Notes under the pieces: generated by a model
Told to the model about the DNA's origin: nothing
Seen by the model: only the letters and a program-made list of their open reading frames with translations
The model's database searches: none
Shown: positions 39,871-51,246 of the stretch, piece by piece
Layout of the letters: every line of letters begins with the position of its first letter
How positions within the stretch are numbered: the stretch's first letter is position 1
Source of the DNA: an uncultured Actinomycetota bacterium
GTDB taxonomy: Bacteria > Actinomycetota > Actinomycetes > JACCUZ01
DNA: 64,000 nt
Direction of reading: 5' to 3'
Assembly: GCA_963728425.1 (NCBI GenBank)
Contig: CAVSKC010000014.1
Location: 167,389 to 231,388 of the forward strand
Position numbers and translations under genes: made by a program

Positions 39871-40797
39871 GTGCCCGCGCCTCCCGCTGTCGAGGTCGTC
39901 GACCTGGTCAAGCGCTACGGCTTGACCGCGGCGGTCGACGGGCTGACCCTCGAGGTGGCCGCGGGCACGATCACGGCGGTTCTCGGCCCCAACGGCGCCG
40001 GGAAGACCACGACGGTCGAGACCTGCGAGGGGTACCGGCGCCCGGACAGCGGCACCGTCCGGGTCCTCGGGATGGACCCCTGGACCGATGCCCGGGCGCT
40101 GCGCCCCCGGGTCGGCGTGATGCTCCAGCAGGGCGGCGTCTATCCCGGCGTGAAGGCCGAGGAGATGCTGCGCCACGTCGCCTCGCTGCACGCGCACCCG
40201 CTCGACGTGCCGACCCTGGTCGAGCGCCTCGGCCTCGGCGCGGCCGGCCGCACGACCTACCGGCGGCTGTCCGGCGGGCAGCAGCAGCGGCTGTCGCTGG
40301 CCATGGCCGTGGTCGGACGGCCCGAGCTGGTCTTCCTCGACGAACCGACCGCCGGGCTCGACCCGCAGGCGCGCCGGGCCACCTGGGAGCTGGTCGAGGC
40401 GCTGCGGCACGACGGCGTGACCGTGGTGCTCACGACTCACTTCATGGACGAGGCCGAGCGGCTGGCCGACGAGGTCGTGGTGGTGGACCACGGCCGGGTG
40501 ATCGCGGTCGGCAGCCCCGGCGAGCTCACCGCCGCCGGCGCCGGCGGCAGCCTGCGGTTCGACGGCCCGCCTGGCCTGGACGTCGCCGGGCTCGCGGCGG
40601 CCCTCCCGGCGGCCAGCCGGGTCGACGAGGTGGCGCCGGGCCGCTACGTCGTGCACGGCGACGTCGACACCCACCTGCTGGCCGACCTCACCCGCTGGTG
40701 CGCGGACCGGGAGGTCATGCCGGAGGGGCTGACGGTCGGCCGCCGGTCCCTCGAGGACGTCTTCCTGGACCTGACCGGCTCGGACCTGCGCGCGTGA
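39871..40797 (+). CDS. ABC-2-type exporter, ATP-binding subunit
   Basis: 308-aa ORF with Walker A GPNGAGKTT, LSGGQQQR and LVFLDEPTAGLD. Confidence 0.9.
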   Translation: MPAPPAVEVVDLVKRYGLTAAVDGLTLEVAAGTITAVLGPNGAGKTTTVETCEGYRRPDSGTVRVLGMDPWTDARALRPRVGVMLQQGGVYPGVKAEEMLRHVASLHAHPLDVPTLVERLGLGAAGRTTYRRLSGGQQQRLSLAMAVVGRPELVFLDEPTAGLDPQARRATWELVEALRHDGVTVVLTTHFMDEAERLADEVVVVDHGRVIAVGSPGELTAAGAGGSLRFDGPPGLDVAGLAAALPAASRVDEVAPGRYVVHGDVDTHLLADLTRWCADREVMPEGLTVGRRSLEDVFLDLTGSDLRA

Positions 40798-41576
40798 GCA
40801 CGACCACGAACTCGGGCACCTTCGCGCCGGACCCCGGCGCCGCGCCGCTGGGCCGGATGCTGGCCGCCCAGACGGGGCTCGAGGTGCGGATGGTGCTGCG
40901 CAACGGCGAGCAGCTGCTGCTCACGGTGGTCATCCCGGTCCTCGTGCTCACCGTCTTCGGCAGCGTCGAGGTGATGGACCTCGGGAACCGCGCTGCCCGG
41001 GTCGACTTCCTGGTGCCCGGCGTGCTCGCCCTGGCCGTCATGTCGACCGCGTTCACCGGCCTGGCGATCGGCACCGGGTTCGAGCGGAGGTACGGCGCGC
41101 TCAAGCGGCTGGGCGCGTCACCGCTGCCGCGGGGAGCGCTGCTGGCGGCCAAGGGCCTGGCGGTGCTGACGATCGAGGCCCTCCAGGTACTGCTCCTCGG
41201 CACGGTCGCGCAGCTGATGGGCTGGGACCCGCGCGGGTCGTGGCTCGCCGTCATGCTGCTGGTGCTCGCCGGCACCGCCGCGTTCAGCTCGCTGGCGCTG
41301 CTGATGGCCGGGACCCTGCGGGCCGAGGCGACCCTGGCGGCCGCGAACCTGGTCTACCTCCTGTTCCTGGTCAGCGGCGGCATCGCCGTGCCGCTGGACC
41401 GGTTCCCGGACTCGGCCCGCCCGGTCCTCGACGCCCTGCCGGCCGGCGCGCTGTCGGAGGGTCTGCGGGTGGTGCTCCGCGACGGGCACGCGCTGCCCTG
41501 GTGGTCGGTCGGCGTCCTCGTGGGTTGGGCAGCGGTCGGCGGCGTCCTGGCCGCCCGCACCTTCCGCTGGGAGTAG
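40794..41576 (+). CDS. ABC-2-type exporter, permease subunit
   Basis: The GTG start overlaps the ATPase stop (GTGA). The ~260-aa protein has six hydrophobic segments (last part of ORF 39705..41576). Confidence 0.85.
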   Translation: MSTTTNSGTFAPDPGAAPLGRMLAAQTGLEVRMVLRNGEQLLLTVVIPVLVLTVFGSVEVMDLGNRAARVDFLVPGVLALAVMSTAFTGLAIGTGFERRYGALKRLGASPLPRGALLAAKGLAVLTIEALQVLLLGTVAQLMGWDPRGSWLAVMLLVLAGTAAFSSLALLMAGTLRAEATLAAANLVYLLFLVSGGIAVPLDRFPDSARPVLDALPAGALSEGLRVVLRDGHALPWWSVGVLVGWAAVGGVLAARTFRWE

Positions 41577-41595
41577 CGCCCGTACGCTGGGTCCC

Positions 41596-42747
41596 ATGCT
41601 CGACCGATGGCGCGGCTGGACACCCAGCCCGACCGCCGTACGCCGGGTGTTCCTCGCCACGCTGGTCGCCAACGTCGGCATCGTGGTCACCGGTGGAGCG
41701 GTGCGGCTCACGGCATCCGGGCTGGGCTGCCCCACGTTCCCGCGCTGCACCGACAACAGCCTGGTGGTGACCCGCGAGATGGGCGGCCACGGGCTGGTCG
41801 AGTTCGGCAACCGGATGCTCACCTTCGCCCTGTCGGCCGTCGTGGTCGCGGCCGTCGTCGTGGCCTGGCGGGCCGGGCGGCGCGACCTGCGGGCCGCCGC
41901 GCTGCTGCTCTTCGGCGGGATCGTCGCCCAGGCGGTGCTCGGCGGCGTGACCGTGCTGACCGGCCTGAACCCGGTCACCGTGATGGCTCACTTCCTGCTG
42001 TCGGTGGCGCTGATCGCCGTCGCCACCCGGGCGCACCTGCTCTCGGCCGGCCAGCGGGTGCAACCGCGGCGCGAGGTGCACCCCGCCGTGCAGCTCGGCG
42101 GTCGCAGCCTGCTCGTGGTGACCGCCCTGCTGCTGCTCGCCGGCACCGTGGTGACGGGCACCGGTCCGCACTCGGGCGACAAGAACGCCACCCACCGGCT
42201 GCCGTTCGACCTGGTGGAGGTCACCCAGCTGCACGCCGACCTGGTCTTCCTGCTCGTGGGTCTGACCATCGGGCTCGCCGTCGCGCTGCAGGCCACCGAC
42301 GTACCTCCCGTGCTGCGACGGCGGGTCCGGGTGCTGCTCGGGGTAGTGCTCGCCCAGGGTCTGGTCGGCTACGCCCAGTACGCCACCGACCTGCCGGTGG
42401 CTCTCGTCGCGGTGCACGTGCTGGGCGCCTGCCTGGTCTGGGTGGCGGCGCTGCGACTGGTGCTGGCGATGACCACCCAGGTGGCCGCCGTCACCTCGGG
42501 ACGGACGGTGCAGGAGCTCAGCCGTCTCCCCCGCCACGACCTGACGAGCCGCTACCGCTACCGCTGCCGTCGTCCCCGCCCCTGCCGTCGTCGACCGAGA
42601 ACTTCGCCGCACCGCCCGAGCACCAGCTGTGCACCTCGACCCGGCCGTCACCGCTGGTCGCCTCGAACCGGACCCGGGCGTCGACCACCTGGCCGCCGTC
42701 CACGTCGTCGATCTGCCAGCCGATCGCCGGCGAGGCGCTCACCGTGA
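41596..42747 (+). CDS. ctaA: heme A synthase CtaA (COX15 family); 3' end probably over-extended
   Basis: It has GGAVRLTASGLGCPTFPRC, multiple TM helices and conserved His residues (GNRMLTF, MAHFLLS, GTGPHSGD, VAVHVLGA). The last ~75 codons are Arg/Pro-rich and overlap the convergent gene at 42518..43054. Confidence 0.8.
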   Translation: MLDRWRGWTPSPTAVRRVFLATLVANVGIVVTGGAVRLTASGLGCPTFPRCTDNSLVVTREMGGHGLVEFGNRMLTFALSAVVVAAVVVAWRAGRRDLRAAALLLFGGIVAQAVLGGVTVLTGLNPVTVMAHFLLSVALIAVATRAHLLSAGQRVQPRREVHPAVQLGGRSLLVVTALLLLAGTVVTGTGPHSGDKNATHRLPFDLVEVTQLHADLVFLLVGLTIGLAVALQATDVPPVLRRRVRVLLGVVLAQGLVGYAQYATDLPVALVAVHVLGACLVWVAALRLVLAMTTQVAAVTSGRTVQELSRLPRHDLTSRYRYRCRRPRPCRRRPRTSPHRPSTSCAPRPGRHRWSPRTGPGRRPPGRRPRRRSASRSPARRSP

Positions 42748-43054
42748 CCAGCCCGGCGCGGCACGAGCCGGCCACGAAGCCGCCCCGCGTGGTGACGCTG
42801 TGGACCGTCGGCTCCGGATCCGTGGCTGCACCGGTCCCGGTGGGGCGGGGGCTGCTCGCCGACGAGTCCGTGGGTCGCGGGCTCGAGGTGCCGCCCGTCG
42901 GGCGGCTGTCCGCGGTCGGCGGAGGGGCGGCGGCCGTCGCACCCGCGGGGTCGCTGAAGGGCTCGCCCACGAGACCTGCTGCGGCGAAGCCGACCCCGAC
43001 CGAGGCCGCCGCGAACAGCGCCCACACGGCCGCGAGGGCCCACCGCCTGTCCAT
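42518..43054 (-). CDS. membrane-anchored hypothetical protein (TM helix, Pro/Ser/Thr linker, small C-terminal domain, Gly/Ser tail)
   Basis: 178-aa ORF with the anchor WALAAVWALFAAASVGVGFAAAGLV, a low-complexity linker, then GFVAGSCRAGLVTVSASPAIGWQIDDVD..RVEVHSWC. No family was recognised. Confidence 0.5.
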   Translation of the reverse strand: MDRRWALAAVWALFAAASVGVGFAAAGLVGEPFSDPAGATAAAPPPTADSRPTGGTSSPRPTDSSASSPRPTGTGAATDPEPTVHSVTTRGGFVAGSCRAGLVTVSASPAIGWQIDDVDGGQVVDARVRFEATSGDGRVEVHSWCSGGAAKFSVDDGRGGDDGSGSGSGSSGRGGGDG

Positions 43055-43157
43055 GCCGACGATCCTGCCCGCTAGTCACCTAACGTGCGGTTAACGCCGG
43101 CCCAGCACGGGCCCAGGTTCGCGCCGACCGGCGGGGAGCACCGATAGCGTCAGCGAC

Positions 43158-43850
43158 GTGGCCGTGCTGCTGATCGTCGAGGACGACCTGCGCATCCGCA
43201 CGGCGTTGACCCGCGCCATGACGGAGCGGGGCCATGCCGTTTCCTCCGAGCCGGCCGGGCTGCCCGCGCTGCAGCGGATCATCGACGACCCGCCGGACCT
43301 CGTCGTGCTGGACCTCGGCCTGCCCGACGTCGACGGCCTGCAGGTGCTGCGGATGCTCCGGCCGGTCAGCAGCGTCCCGGTGATCGTGGCCACCGCCCGG
43401 GACGACGACGTGGCGACCGTGGCCGCGCTGGACGCCGGCGCGGACGACTACCTGGTCAAGCCGTTCAGCGCCGAGCAGCTCGACGCCCGGATCCGGGCCG
43501 TGCTGCGCCGCTCGGCGGCCCCCGGCACCACGGTGCTCGAGGTCGGCGACCTCGTCGTCGACATCCGGGCCCGGACGGCGGTGCTCGGTGGCCGGTCGCT
43601 GGACCTGCGGCCCCGGGAGTTCGACCTGCTGGCCTACCTCGCCGCCCGGCCGGGCGAGGTGGTGACCAAGCGGACCCTGCTCGCCGACGTCTGGCAGTCG
43701 CCGTACGGCGGGGCCGACAAGACCGTCGACGTGCACCTGTCCTGGCTCCGGCGCAAGCTCGGCGAGACCGCCGCCGCCCCGCGGATGCTGCACTCGGTGC
43801 GTGGCGTCGGCGTGAAGCTGGTCCCGGCCGCGGCGCCGGACCTGGACTGA
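43158..43850 (+). CDS. OmpR/PhoB-family response regulator
   Basis: 230-aa ORF with the receiver domain (LIVEDD, DLVVLDLGLPDVDG, DDYLVKPF) and a winged-helix output (REFDLLAYL, TVDVHLSWLRRKL). Confidence 0.9.
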   Translation: MAVLLIVEDDLRIRTALTRAMTERGHAVSSEPAGLPALQRIIDDPPDLVVLDLGLPDVDGLQVLRMLRPVSSVPVIVATARDDDVATVAALDAGADDYLVKPFSAEQLDARIRAVLRRSAAPGTTVLEVGDLVVDIRARTAVLGGRSLDLRPREFDLLAYLAARPGEVVTKRTLLADVWQSPYGGADKTVDVHLSWLRRKLGETAAAPRMLHSVRGVGVKLVPAAAPDLD

Positions 43851-43856
43851 GGCGAC

Positions 43857-45150
43857 GTGCGACGCCGGCTGGCGCTGCTCGTCGCGGCCACGACGTCGGT
43901 GGTGCTGCTGGCGTTCACGCTCCCCCTGGCGGTGCTCATCGACCGGGCCGCGACCAACGCGGCGGTCACCTCGGCCGGGGACCGCAGCCAGCGGATCGTG
44001 CCGGCCGTCGCGGCGGGCAGCGCCGACGAGATCGCGCAGGCCGTCGCGACGGTGTCCGACCCCGACTACGTCGTGCGGGTGCGGCTGCCGTCCGGCGACG
44101 TCATCGGCCGGCCGTTCCGCACGGCGGCACCACCGGTGGACCCGGAGCTGCGCGCCACCGCCGTACGGACCCTGGACGACGGACGGGTGATCCTGGACCA
44201 GCCGGTCGTGCGGCAGGACGGTACGGCGGTGATCAGCACCCTGATGCGCGAGGACGTGCTGGACGCAGGGGTGTGGCGAGCCTGGGCCGTGCTGGCCGCG
44301 CTGGCGCTGACGTTGTTCGGGCTGGCCCTCCTCGTGGCCGACCGGCTGGCCCGCTCGATGACCCGGCCGATCACCGAGCTGGCCGCGACCGCCGAGCGGC
44401 TCGGGCGCGGCGACCTCACGGCCCGGGTCGAGCCCGGCGGCCCGGACGAGGTGCGCGAGGTCGGCGCGGCGCTCAACCGGCTGGCAGCGCGCATCAGTGA
44501 GCTGCTGACCCGCGAGCGGGAGTCGGTGGCCGACCTGTCGCACCGGCTGCGCACGCCGGTCACGGCGCTGCGGCTGGACGTCGAGTCGCTGCCAGGCGGA
44601 GACGGCCGCGACCGGCTGATCTCCGACGTCGACGAGCTGACCCGGCAGATCGACGCGCTGATCCGGGAGGCCCGGCGCCCGGTCCGGGAAGGGGTCGAGG
44701 CCCGCTGCGACGCCCGGGCGGTGGTGGCCGAGCGGGTGGCGTTCTGGGCCGGCGCTGGCCGAGGACCAGGGCCGGGTGGTCGCGCTGGTGCTGCCGGCCG
44801 GGCCGAGCCCGGTGCGGGCCGCCGCAGCGGACCTCGAGGCGGCGCTGGACGCGCTGCTCGGCAACGTCCTCGCGCACACGCCGGAGGGCGCACGGGCTGG
44901 CCGTGGCGCTGGCTCCGGGACCCGACGGCAACGTGGCTGCTGGAGATCGACGACGAGGGGCCGGGCTTCGCCGACTCGCGCCGTGCTCGAGCGGGGCGAG
45001 AGCCGGGCCGGGTCGACCGGGCTCGGGCTGGACATCGCCCGGCGCACGGCGGTCGCCTCCGGCGGGGACCTGACGATCGGGCGCAGTCCCGGCGGCGGCG
45101 CCCGGGTCACGATGCGGCTCGGCCCGCCGACCAGCGCTCCGGACTGGTGA
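43857..45150 (+). pseudogene. sensor histidine kinase (TM-HAMP-HisKA-HATPase); about 4 frame breaks
   Basis: The N-terminal TM, HAMP and H-box (ESVADLSHRLRTPVTAL) are in ORF 43857..45287. The N-box (LGNVLAHTPEG), G1 (LLEIDDEGPGF) and G2 (GSTGLGLDIARR) are spread over three frames. Frame switches lie near ~44755, 44890, 44930 and 44975, and the protein ends in ORF 44776..45150. Confidence 0.8.
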
Positions 45151-45155
45151 GTTCC

Positions 45156-45222
45156 GGGGCTCGAGCGAGCCGAATGAGCCCTGAAAGACACCGGTCGACG
45201 GCAGCCAGCGCGCTTCGACCGG
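45156..45222. terminator. two GC-rich hairpins in the convergent gap between the kinase and ctaB (possible bidirectional terminator)
   Basis: GGGCTC(45157-62)/GAGCCC(45176-81) and CCGGTCGA(45191-98)/TCGACCGG(45215-22), read directly. There is no U-tract, so this is only a weak call. Confidence 0.3.
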
Positions 45223-45228
45223 CATCGG

Positions 45229-46200
45229 TCAGAACGGCAGCAGCGGGTCGATCGCGACGGCGACGAACAGCAGCGTCAGGTAGGTGATCGAGCCGTGGAA
45301 GAGGCGCATCGCGCCCGCCTCGACCGACGTGCCGGCCAACGGGGACCCGCTGGCCTCGAGCCGGGCCCGGCGCAGCAGGAGGTGCGCCTCGCGCAGGAAG
45401 GCAGCGCCCAGGACCAGCGCGGCCGACGCCGTAGACCGGGGTGGTGCCGGCGACCGGCCAGAGCAGCAGCGAGGTCGCCACCATCACCCAGCTGTAGGCG
45501 ACGATCCGCCGGCCGCACGGTGACGTGCCGGCCACGACCGGCAGCATCGGCACGCCGGCCGCGGCGTAGTCGTCGCGGAAGCGCATCGACAGCGGCCAGT
45601 AGTGCGGCGGCGTCCAGAAGAAGATCACGCCGAACAGCACCACCGGCGTCCAGGCCAGCGAGCCGGTCACGGCCGACCAGCCGATCAGCACCGGCATGCA
45701 GCCCGCGGCGCCGCCCCACACGATGTTCTGCGGGGTGCGGCGCTTGAGCGCCATCGTGTAGACCCCGACGTAGAACGCGATCGCTGCCAGCGCCAGCGCG
45801 CGCGGCAGCCAGCCGGTGGTCGCCGCACAGCCAGCCGACCGACGACGGCCCCGAGCACCAGCCCGAAGACGAGCGCCTCCCGCGGGCTCACCAGGCCGGT
45901 GGCGAGCGGGCGGCGCTCGGTGCGGTGCATGACCTGGTCGATGTCCCGGTCGAGGTAGCAGTTGAGCGTGTTGGCGCTGCCCGCGGCCAGGGCGCCGCCG
46001 ACCAGCGTGGCGGCGACCAGGCGCAGCGACGGGATGCCGCCCTCGGCCAGCAGCATCGTCGGCACGGTGGTGACCAGCAGCAGCTCGATGATGCGCGGCT
46101 TGGTGAGGGCGACGTAGCCGGCGACGGCCTGGCGGGCGCTGCGTGGGGGCCTCGAGCCGACCGGCACGGCCGCTGCGCGGCGTGAGTCGACGGCCGTCAC
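45229..46200 (-). pseudogene. ctaB: protoheme IX farnesyltransferase CtaB (heme O synthase); about 2 frame breaks
   Basis: The N-terminal part ([23 protein letters not shown]) is in ORF 45685..46434. The middle ([29 protein letters not shown]) is in ORF 45107..46237. The C-terminal [26 protein letters not shown] plus stop is in a third frame ending at 45229. Frame switches lie near ~45840 and ~45420. Confidence 0.85.
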
Positions 46201-46381
46201 ACGAACCTCTTCTGTCTGCTTGTCGGGCGACTTGCACGCTACTTGCCGGATCGGCCGTTTGTGCCTGGGGCCCTCGGGCAGTCCCACTCTATCTGCCCGA
46301 TGATCTGGTGGCTGCCCCGCGGGTAGGCTCGCGACGCAGTTCCTTTCGCGACCCGCCGTCACGTCGAAGGAGTCTGACCGT
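46201..46381. promoter_or_regulatory. divergent ctaB / tkt intergenic region (putative promoters)
   Basis: This 181-nt lower-GC gap has a -10-like TAGGCT near 46324 and an SD (AAGGAG) about 10 nt before the tkt GTG. The promoter assignment is inference only. Confidence 0.3.
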
Positions 46382-48504
46382 GTGAGCACGTCGAAGCTCG
46401 AGTGGACCGAACTCGACAGGCGGGCGGTCGACACCGTCCGGGCGTCTGGCGATGGACGCGGTGCAGAAGGTCGGCAACGGCCACCCCGGGACGGCGATGA
46501 GCCTGGCGCCGGCGGCGTACCTGCTCTTCCAGCGGTACCTGCGGCACGACCCCACCGACCCGGACTGGCTCGGCCGGGACCGGTTCGTCCTCTCCGCCGG
46601 GCACTCCAGCCTGACGCTCTACATCCAGCTCTACCTGTCCGGCTACGGCCTCGAGCTCGACGACCTCAAGGCACTGCGGACCTGGGGCTCGCTCACCCCC
46701 GGCCACCCCGAGCACGGGCACACCGCCGGCGTCGAGACCACGACCGGACCGCTGGGGCAGGGGGTCGGCAACGCGGTCGGCATGGCGATGGCGGCCCGCC
46801 GGGAGCGCGGCCTGTTCGACCCGGACACCGCGCCGGGCGAGAGCCCGTTCGACCACAACGTCTGGTGCATCGCCTCCGACGGCGACATGGAGGAGGGCAT
46901 CTCCGGCGAGGCGTCGTCGCTGGCCGGCACCCAGCGGCTGGGCAACCTCATCCTGATCTACGACGACAACCACATCTCGATCGAGGACGACACCTCGATC
47001 GCGCTGTCGGAGGACACCGCGGCGCGCTACGCGGCCTACGGCTGGCACGTGCAGCGGGTGGACTGGCTCGCCGACGACGGCATCGTACGACGAGAACGTC
47101 CAGGCCCTCGCCACCGCCTTCGACGCGGCCCGCGCGGTCACCGACCGCCCCTCGTTCATCTCCCTGCGCACCATCATCGCCTGGCCGGCACCCAACGCCC
47201 AGAACACCGGCAAGGCGCACGGCAGCGCGCTGGGCGAGGCCGAGGTCGCAGGCCACCAAGAAGGTCCTGGGGTTCGAACCCGGACCAGACTTTCGACGTC
47301 GACCCGGAGGTGCTCGCGCACGCCCGCGAGCGTCGTCGAGCGCGGCCGTGCCAGCCACGCCGAGTGGGACGCGGCGTTCGCCACCTGGGCGGCGAAGCAA
47401 CCCGGACGGCAGAGGCGCTGCTCGACCGGATGCGCGCCCGCACGCTGCCCGAGGGCTGGGCCGCCGCGATCCCCCAGTTCCCCGCCGACCCCAAGGGGAT
47501 GGCGACCCGCAAGGCCTCCGGCGCGGTCCTCAACGCCATCGTGCCCGTCCTGCCCGAGCTGTGGGGCGGCTCGGCCGACCTGGCCGAGTCCAACAACACG
47601 ACCCCGAAGGGCGAGCCGTCGTTCCTGCCCGAGGACCGCCAGTCCAAGGAGTTCCCCGGTGGTCTCGTACGGCCGGGTGCTGCACTTCGGCATCCGCGAG
47701 CACGCGATGGGCTCGATCATGAACGGGATCGCCCTGCACGGCGGCACCCGGGTCTACGGCGGCACGTTCCTGGTCTTCAGCGACTACATGCGCCCCGCGG
47801 TGCGGCTCGCGGCGCTGATGGAGCTGCCGGTCACCTACGTGTGGACGCACGACTCGATCGGGCTCGGCGAGGACGGCCCCACCCACCAGCCGATCGAGCA
47901 CCTCGCGGCGCTGCGGGCCATCCCGGGGCTGGACGTCGTGCGGCCGGCCGACGCCAACGAGACGGCGGTCGCCTGGCGGACCATCCTCGAGCACACCGAC
48001 CGGCCCGCCGGGCTGGCCCTGACCCGGCAGGACCTCCCCGTCTGGGACCGCGAGGTCTTCGGCTCGGCCGAGGGGACCGCGCGAGGTGGCTACGTGCTCG
48101 TCGACGCCTCCGACGGGCAGCCCCAGGTCATCATCGTGGCCACCGGCTCGGAGGTGCAGCTCGCCGTCGCGGCCCGCGAGCGCCTCGAGGCGGAGGGCAC
48201 ACCGACCCGGGTCGTGTCGATGCCGTGCGTGGAGTGGTTCCGCGGGCAGGACGCCTCCTACCAGCAGCAGGTGCTGCCCAGCGGCGTGAAGGCCCGGGTC
48301 AGCGTCGAGGCCGCCGTCGCGATGGGCTGGCGGGACGTCGTCGGGGACGCCGGCGAGATCGTCAGCATCGAGCACTTCGGAGCCAGTGCCGCCCACACCG
48401 TGCTCTTCGAGCAGTTCGGGTTCACGCCCGACCGGGTCGTGGCCGCCGCCCACGCGACGCTCGAACGCGTCGGCGCCATCACCGGCAGCACGACCGGCAA
48501 CTGA
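46382..48504 (+). pseudogene. tkt: transketolase; about 7 frame breaks
   Basis: The protein is spelled across ORFs 46382.., 46452.. ([38 protein letters not shown]) and 47659..48504 ([28 protein letters not shown]), plus a third frame for residues around [14 protein letters not shown]. Frame switches lie near ~46446, 47093, 47252, 47282, 47325, 47405 and 47660. Confidence 0.9.
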
Positions 48505-48532
48505 GACCCACCCCGACCGAGGGAGCAACCCC

Positions 48533-49654
48533 ATGACCGACACCTTGCGCCAGCTCTCCGAGGAGGGCGTGGCGATCTGGCTCGACGACATGAGCCGAGG
48601 TCGCCTCACCACGGGCAACCTGGCCGACCTGATCCGTGACCGGTTCGTCGTCGGCGTCACCACCAACCCGACGATCTTCCAGAAGGCGATCAGCGACAGC
48701 GAGCTCTACGACCGGCAACTGCGCGACCTCGCGGTCCGCGGCGTCGACGTCGAAGAGGGCGTGCGCATGATCACCACGATGGACGTCCGCTCCGGCTGCG
48801 ACGTGCTGCGCGCCGCGTACGACGCCAGCGACGGCGTCGACGGGCGGGTCTCCATCGAGGTCGACCCCCGGCTGGCCCAGGACGCCGAACGCACCATCGC
48901 CGAGGCCAGGCAGCTCTGGTGGCTGGTCGACCGGCCCAACCTGTTCATCAAGATCCCGGCCACCAAGGCCAGCCTGCCGGCCATCTCCCAGTGCCTGTCC
49001 GAGGGCATCAGCGTCAACGTCACCCTGATCTTCTCCATCGAGCGCTACCGCGCCGTGATGGACGCCTTCATCGACGGCGTCGAGCGGGCCCGGGCGGCCG
49101 GCCGCGACCTGACCAACCTCGGGTCGGTGGCCTCGTTCTTCGTCAGCCGGGTCGACACCGAGGTGGACAAGCGGCTGGACAAGCTCGGCTCGCCGGAGGC
49201 CACCGAGCTGCGCGGCAAGGCGGCCATCGCCAACGCCCGGCTCGCCTTCCAGGCCTACGAGCAGGTCTTCGCCGGCGAGCGCTGGACCGCGCTGGCCGAG
49301 GCCGGGGCCAAGCCGCAGCGGCCGTTGTGGGCGTCTACCGGCGTCAAGGACCCGGCGTACGACGACACGATGTACGTCGTCGAGCTGGTCACCCGGGGCG
49401 TGGTCAACACGATGCCGGAAGCGACGCTGGACGCGGTGGCCGACCACGGCGTCATCCGCGGCGACACGATCCGTGGCGAGTACGCGTCCGCGGCCGCGAC
49501 GATGACGGCGCTGGCCGACGTGGGCATCGACATGGCCGACGTCGTCGACGTGCTCGAGGTCGAGGCCGTCGAGAAGTTCGAGACGTCGTGGAACGAGCTG
49601 CTCGAGTCGACCCAGGGTGAGCTGACGCGGCTGGCGAAGGCGGGCAGCCAGTGA
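48533..49654 (+). CDS. tal: transaldolase (long actinobacterial type)
   Basis: The internal ATG ([13 protein letters not shown]) of ORF 48386..49654 gives 373 aa with [17 protein letters not shown] and NVTLIFS. Confidence 0.93.
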   Translation: MTDTLRQLSEEGVAIWLDDMSRGRLTTGNLADLIRDRFVVGVTTNPTIFQKAISDSELYDRQLRDLAVRGVDVEEGVRMITTMDVRSGCDVLRAAYDASDGVDGRVSIEVDPRLAQDAERTIAEARQLWWLVDRPNLFIKIPATKASLPAISQCLSEGISVNVTLIFSIERYRAVMDAFIDGVERARAAGRDLTNLGSVASFFVSRVDTEVDKRLDKLGSPEATELRGKAAIANARLAFQAYEQVFAGERWTALAEAGAKPQRPLWASTGVKDPAYDDTMYVVELVTRGVVNTMPEATLDAVADHGVIRGDTIRGEYASAAATMTALADVGIDMADVVDVLEVEAVEKFETSWNELLESTQGELTRLAKAGSQ

Positions 49655-51246
49655 GCGTCAGCGTCCGCACCGGCAGCGTCGCCGGCGGGGGCAGCGACCT
49701 GACCGGGCTGGCCAAGCGGCTCGCCGAGCGGGACCCCACGATCTGGGGGCCGGACGCCGAGGCCGAGGCCGCCCATCGGCTCGGCTGGCTGGACCTCCCG
49801 GAGACCTCCGAGGCGCTGCTCCCCCAGCTCCGGGAGCTGCGGGAGCGGCTGACCGCGCGTGGCATCGACCACGTCGTGCTGGCCGGGATGGGCGGCTCGT
49901 CGCTGGCGCCGGAGGTCATCACCCGCACTGCCGGAGCGGACCTCACCATCCTGGACAGCACCGACCCGCACCAGGTCGGTGCCGCGCTGGCCGACCGGAT
50001 CGACCGCACCGTGCTGGTCGTCGCGTCCAAGAGCGGCGGCACCGTCGAGACGGACTCGCACCGGCGTGCCTACGAGCAGGCGTTCCGCAAGGCCGGGCTG
50101 ACCGACGCCGAGCTCGCCGAGCGGATCGTCGTCGTGACCGACCCCGGCTCGCCGCTGCACGACGAGGCGATCAAGGCGGGGTACGCCGTGGTGCTGGCCG
50201 ACCCGACCGTGGGCGGTCGCTACAGCGCCCTGTCGGCCTTCGGGCTGACGCCGAGCCTGCTGGCCGGTGCCGACGTGGAACGGCTGCTCGCCGACGCGCG
50301 GGTGCTCTCCGCGGACCTGCTCGACGACGACAACCCCGGCATCCAGCTCGGCCGGGCGATGGGCGACGCGGCCACAGCGGGCCGCGACAAGCTGGTGCTG
50401 GCCGACGCCGGCTCCGGCATCGTCGGCTTCGGCGACTGGGCCGAGCAGCTGGTCGCGGAGTCGACCGGCAAGAACGGCACCGGCATCCTTCCGGTGGTCG
50501 TGGAGAGCATCGAAGCCCCCGGGTTCGCCGATGCCGGCCCGGACGCGTTCCGGGTCGTCCTCGGACCGGGCCGGCCGGGCGTGGACGCGGCGGCCGTCAG
50601 CGGCTCGCTCGGTGCCCAGTTCCTGCTCTGGGAGTACGCCACCGCCGTGGCCGGAAAGATCCTCGGCATCAACCCGTTCGACCAGCCCAACGTGGCTGAG
50701 TCGAAGGCAAACACCGCGAAGATCCTTGACGAGGCCGGCGACGGGCCGCTGCCCGAGGGCACCCCCGCCCTGGTCGAGGGTGCCGTCGACGTCCACGGCG
50801 ACCTCCCGGCCCTCGGCTCCCCCACCGACCTCGCCGGCGTGCTCGCCGCGCTGCGCGGCCAGGTCGCCCCGACCGGCTACCTGGCCGTGATGGCCTACCT
50901 GGACCGGCACGGCGACGACGACGCGGCCGGGCTGCGGCCGAGGCTGGCGGCGGCCTCCGGCGGTCGCCCGGTGACGTTCGGCTGGGCGCCGCGGTTCCTG
51001 CACTCCACCGGCCAGTTCCACAAGGGCGGCCCGCAGGTCGGGGTCTTCCTCCAGATCACTGGTGCCGTCAGCCGGGACGTGGACGTGCCGGGTCGCCCCT
51101 ACACGTTCGGCCGGCTGCAGCTCGCGCAGGCGCTGGGCGACCTGCGCGCCCTGACCGAGCGGGGACGCCCCGTCGTCCGGCTGCATCTCACCGACCGTGC
51201 CGCCGGGATCCGGCAGCTCCTCGCGGCCGCAGAGGCGACCGGATGA
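49651..51246 (+). CDS. pgi: glucose-6-phosphate isomerase
   Basis: 531-aa GTG-start ORF (GTGA overlap with tal) with SIS/PGI motifs [22 protein letters not shown] and GGRYSALS. Confidence 0.85.
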   Translation: MSVSVRTGSVAGGGSDLTGLAKRLAERDPTIWGPDAEAEAAHRLGWLDLPETSEALLPQLRELRERLTARGIDHVVLAGMGGSSLAPEVITRTAGADLTILDSTDPHQVGAALADRIDRTVLVVASKSGGTVETDSHRRAYEQAFRKAGLTDAELAERIVVVTDPGSPLHDEAIKAGYAVVLADPTVGGRYSALSAFGLTPSLLAGADVERLLADARVLSADLLDDDNPGIQLGRAMGDAATAGRDKLVLADAGSGIVGFGDWAEQLVAESTGKNGTGILPVVVESIEAPGFADAGPDAFRVVLGPGRPGVDAAAVSGSLGAQFLLWEYATAVAGKILGINPFDQPNVAESKANTAKILDEAGDGPLPEGTPALVEGAVDVHGDLPALGSPTDLAGVLAALRGQVAPTGYLAVMAYLDRHGDDDAAGLRPRLAAASGGRPVTFGWAPRFLHSTGQFHKGGPQVGVFLQITGAVSRDVDVPGRPYTFGRLQLAQALGDLRALTERGRPVVRLHLTDRAAGIRQLLAAAEATG

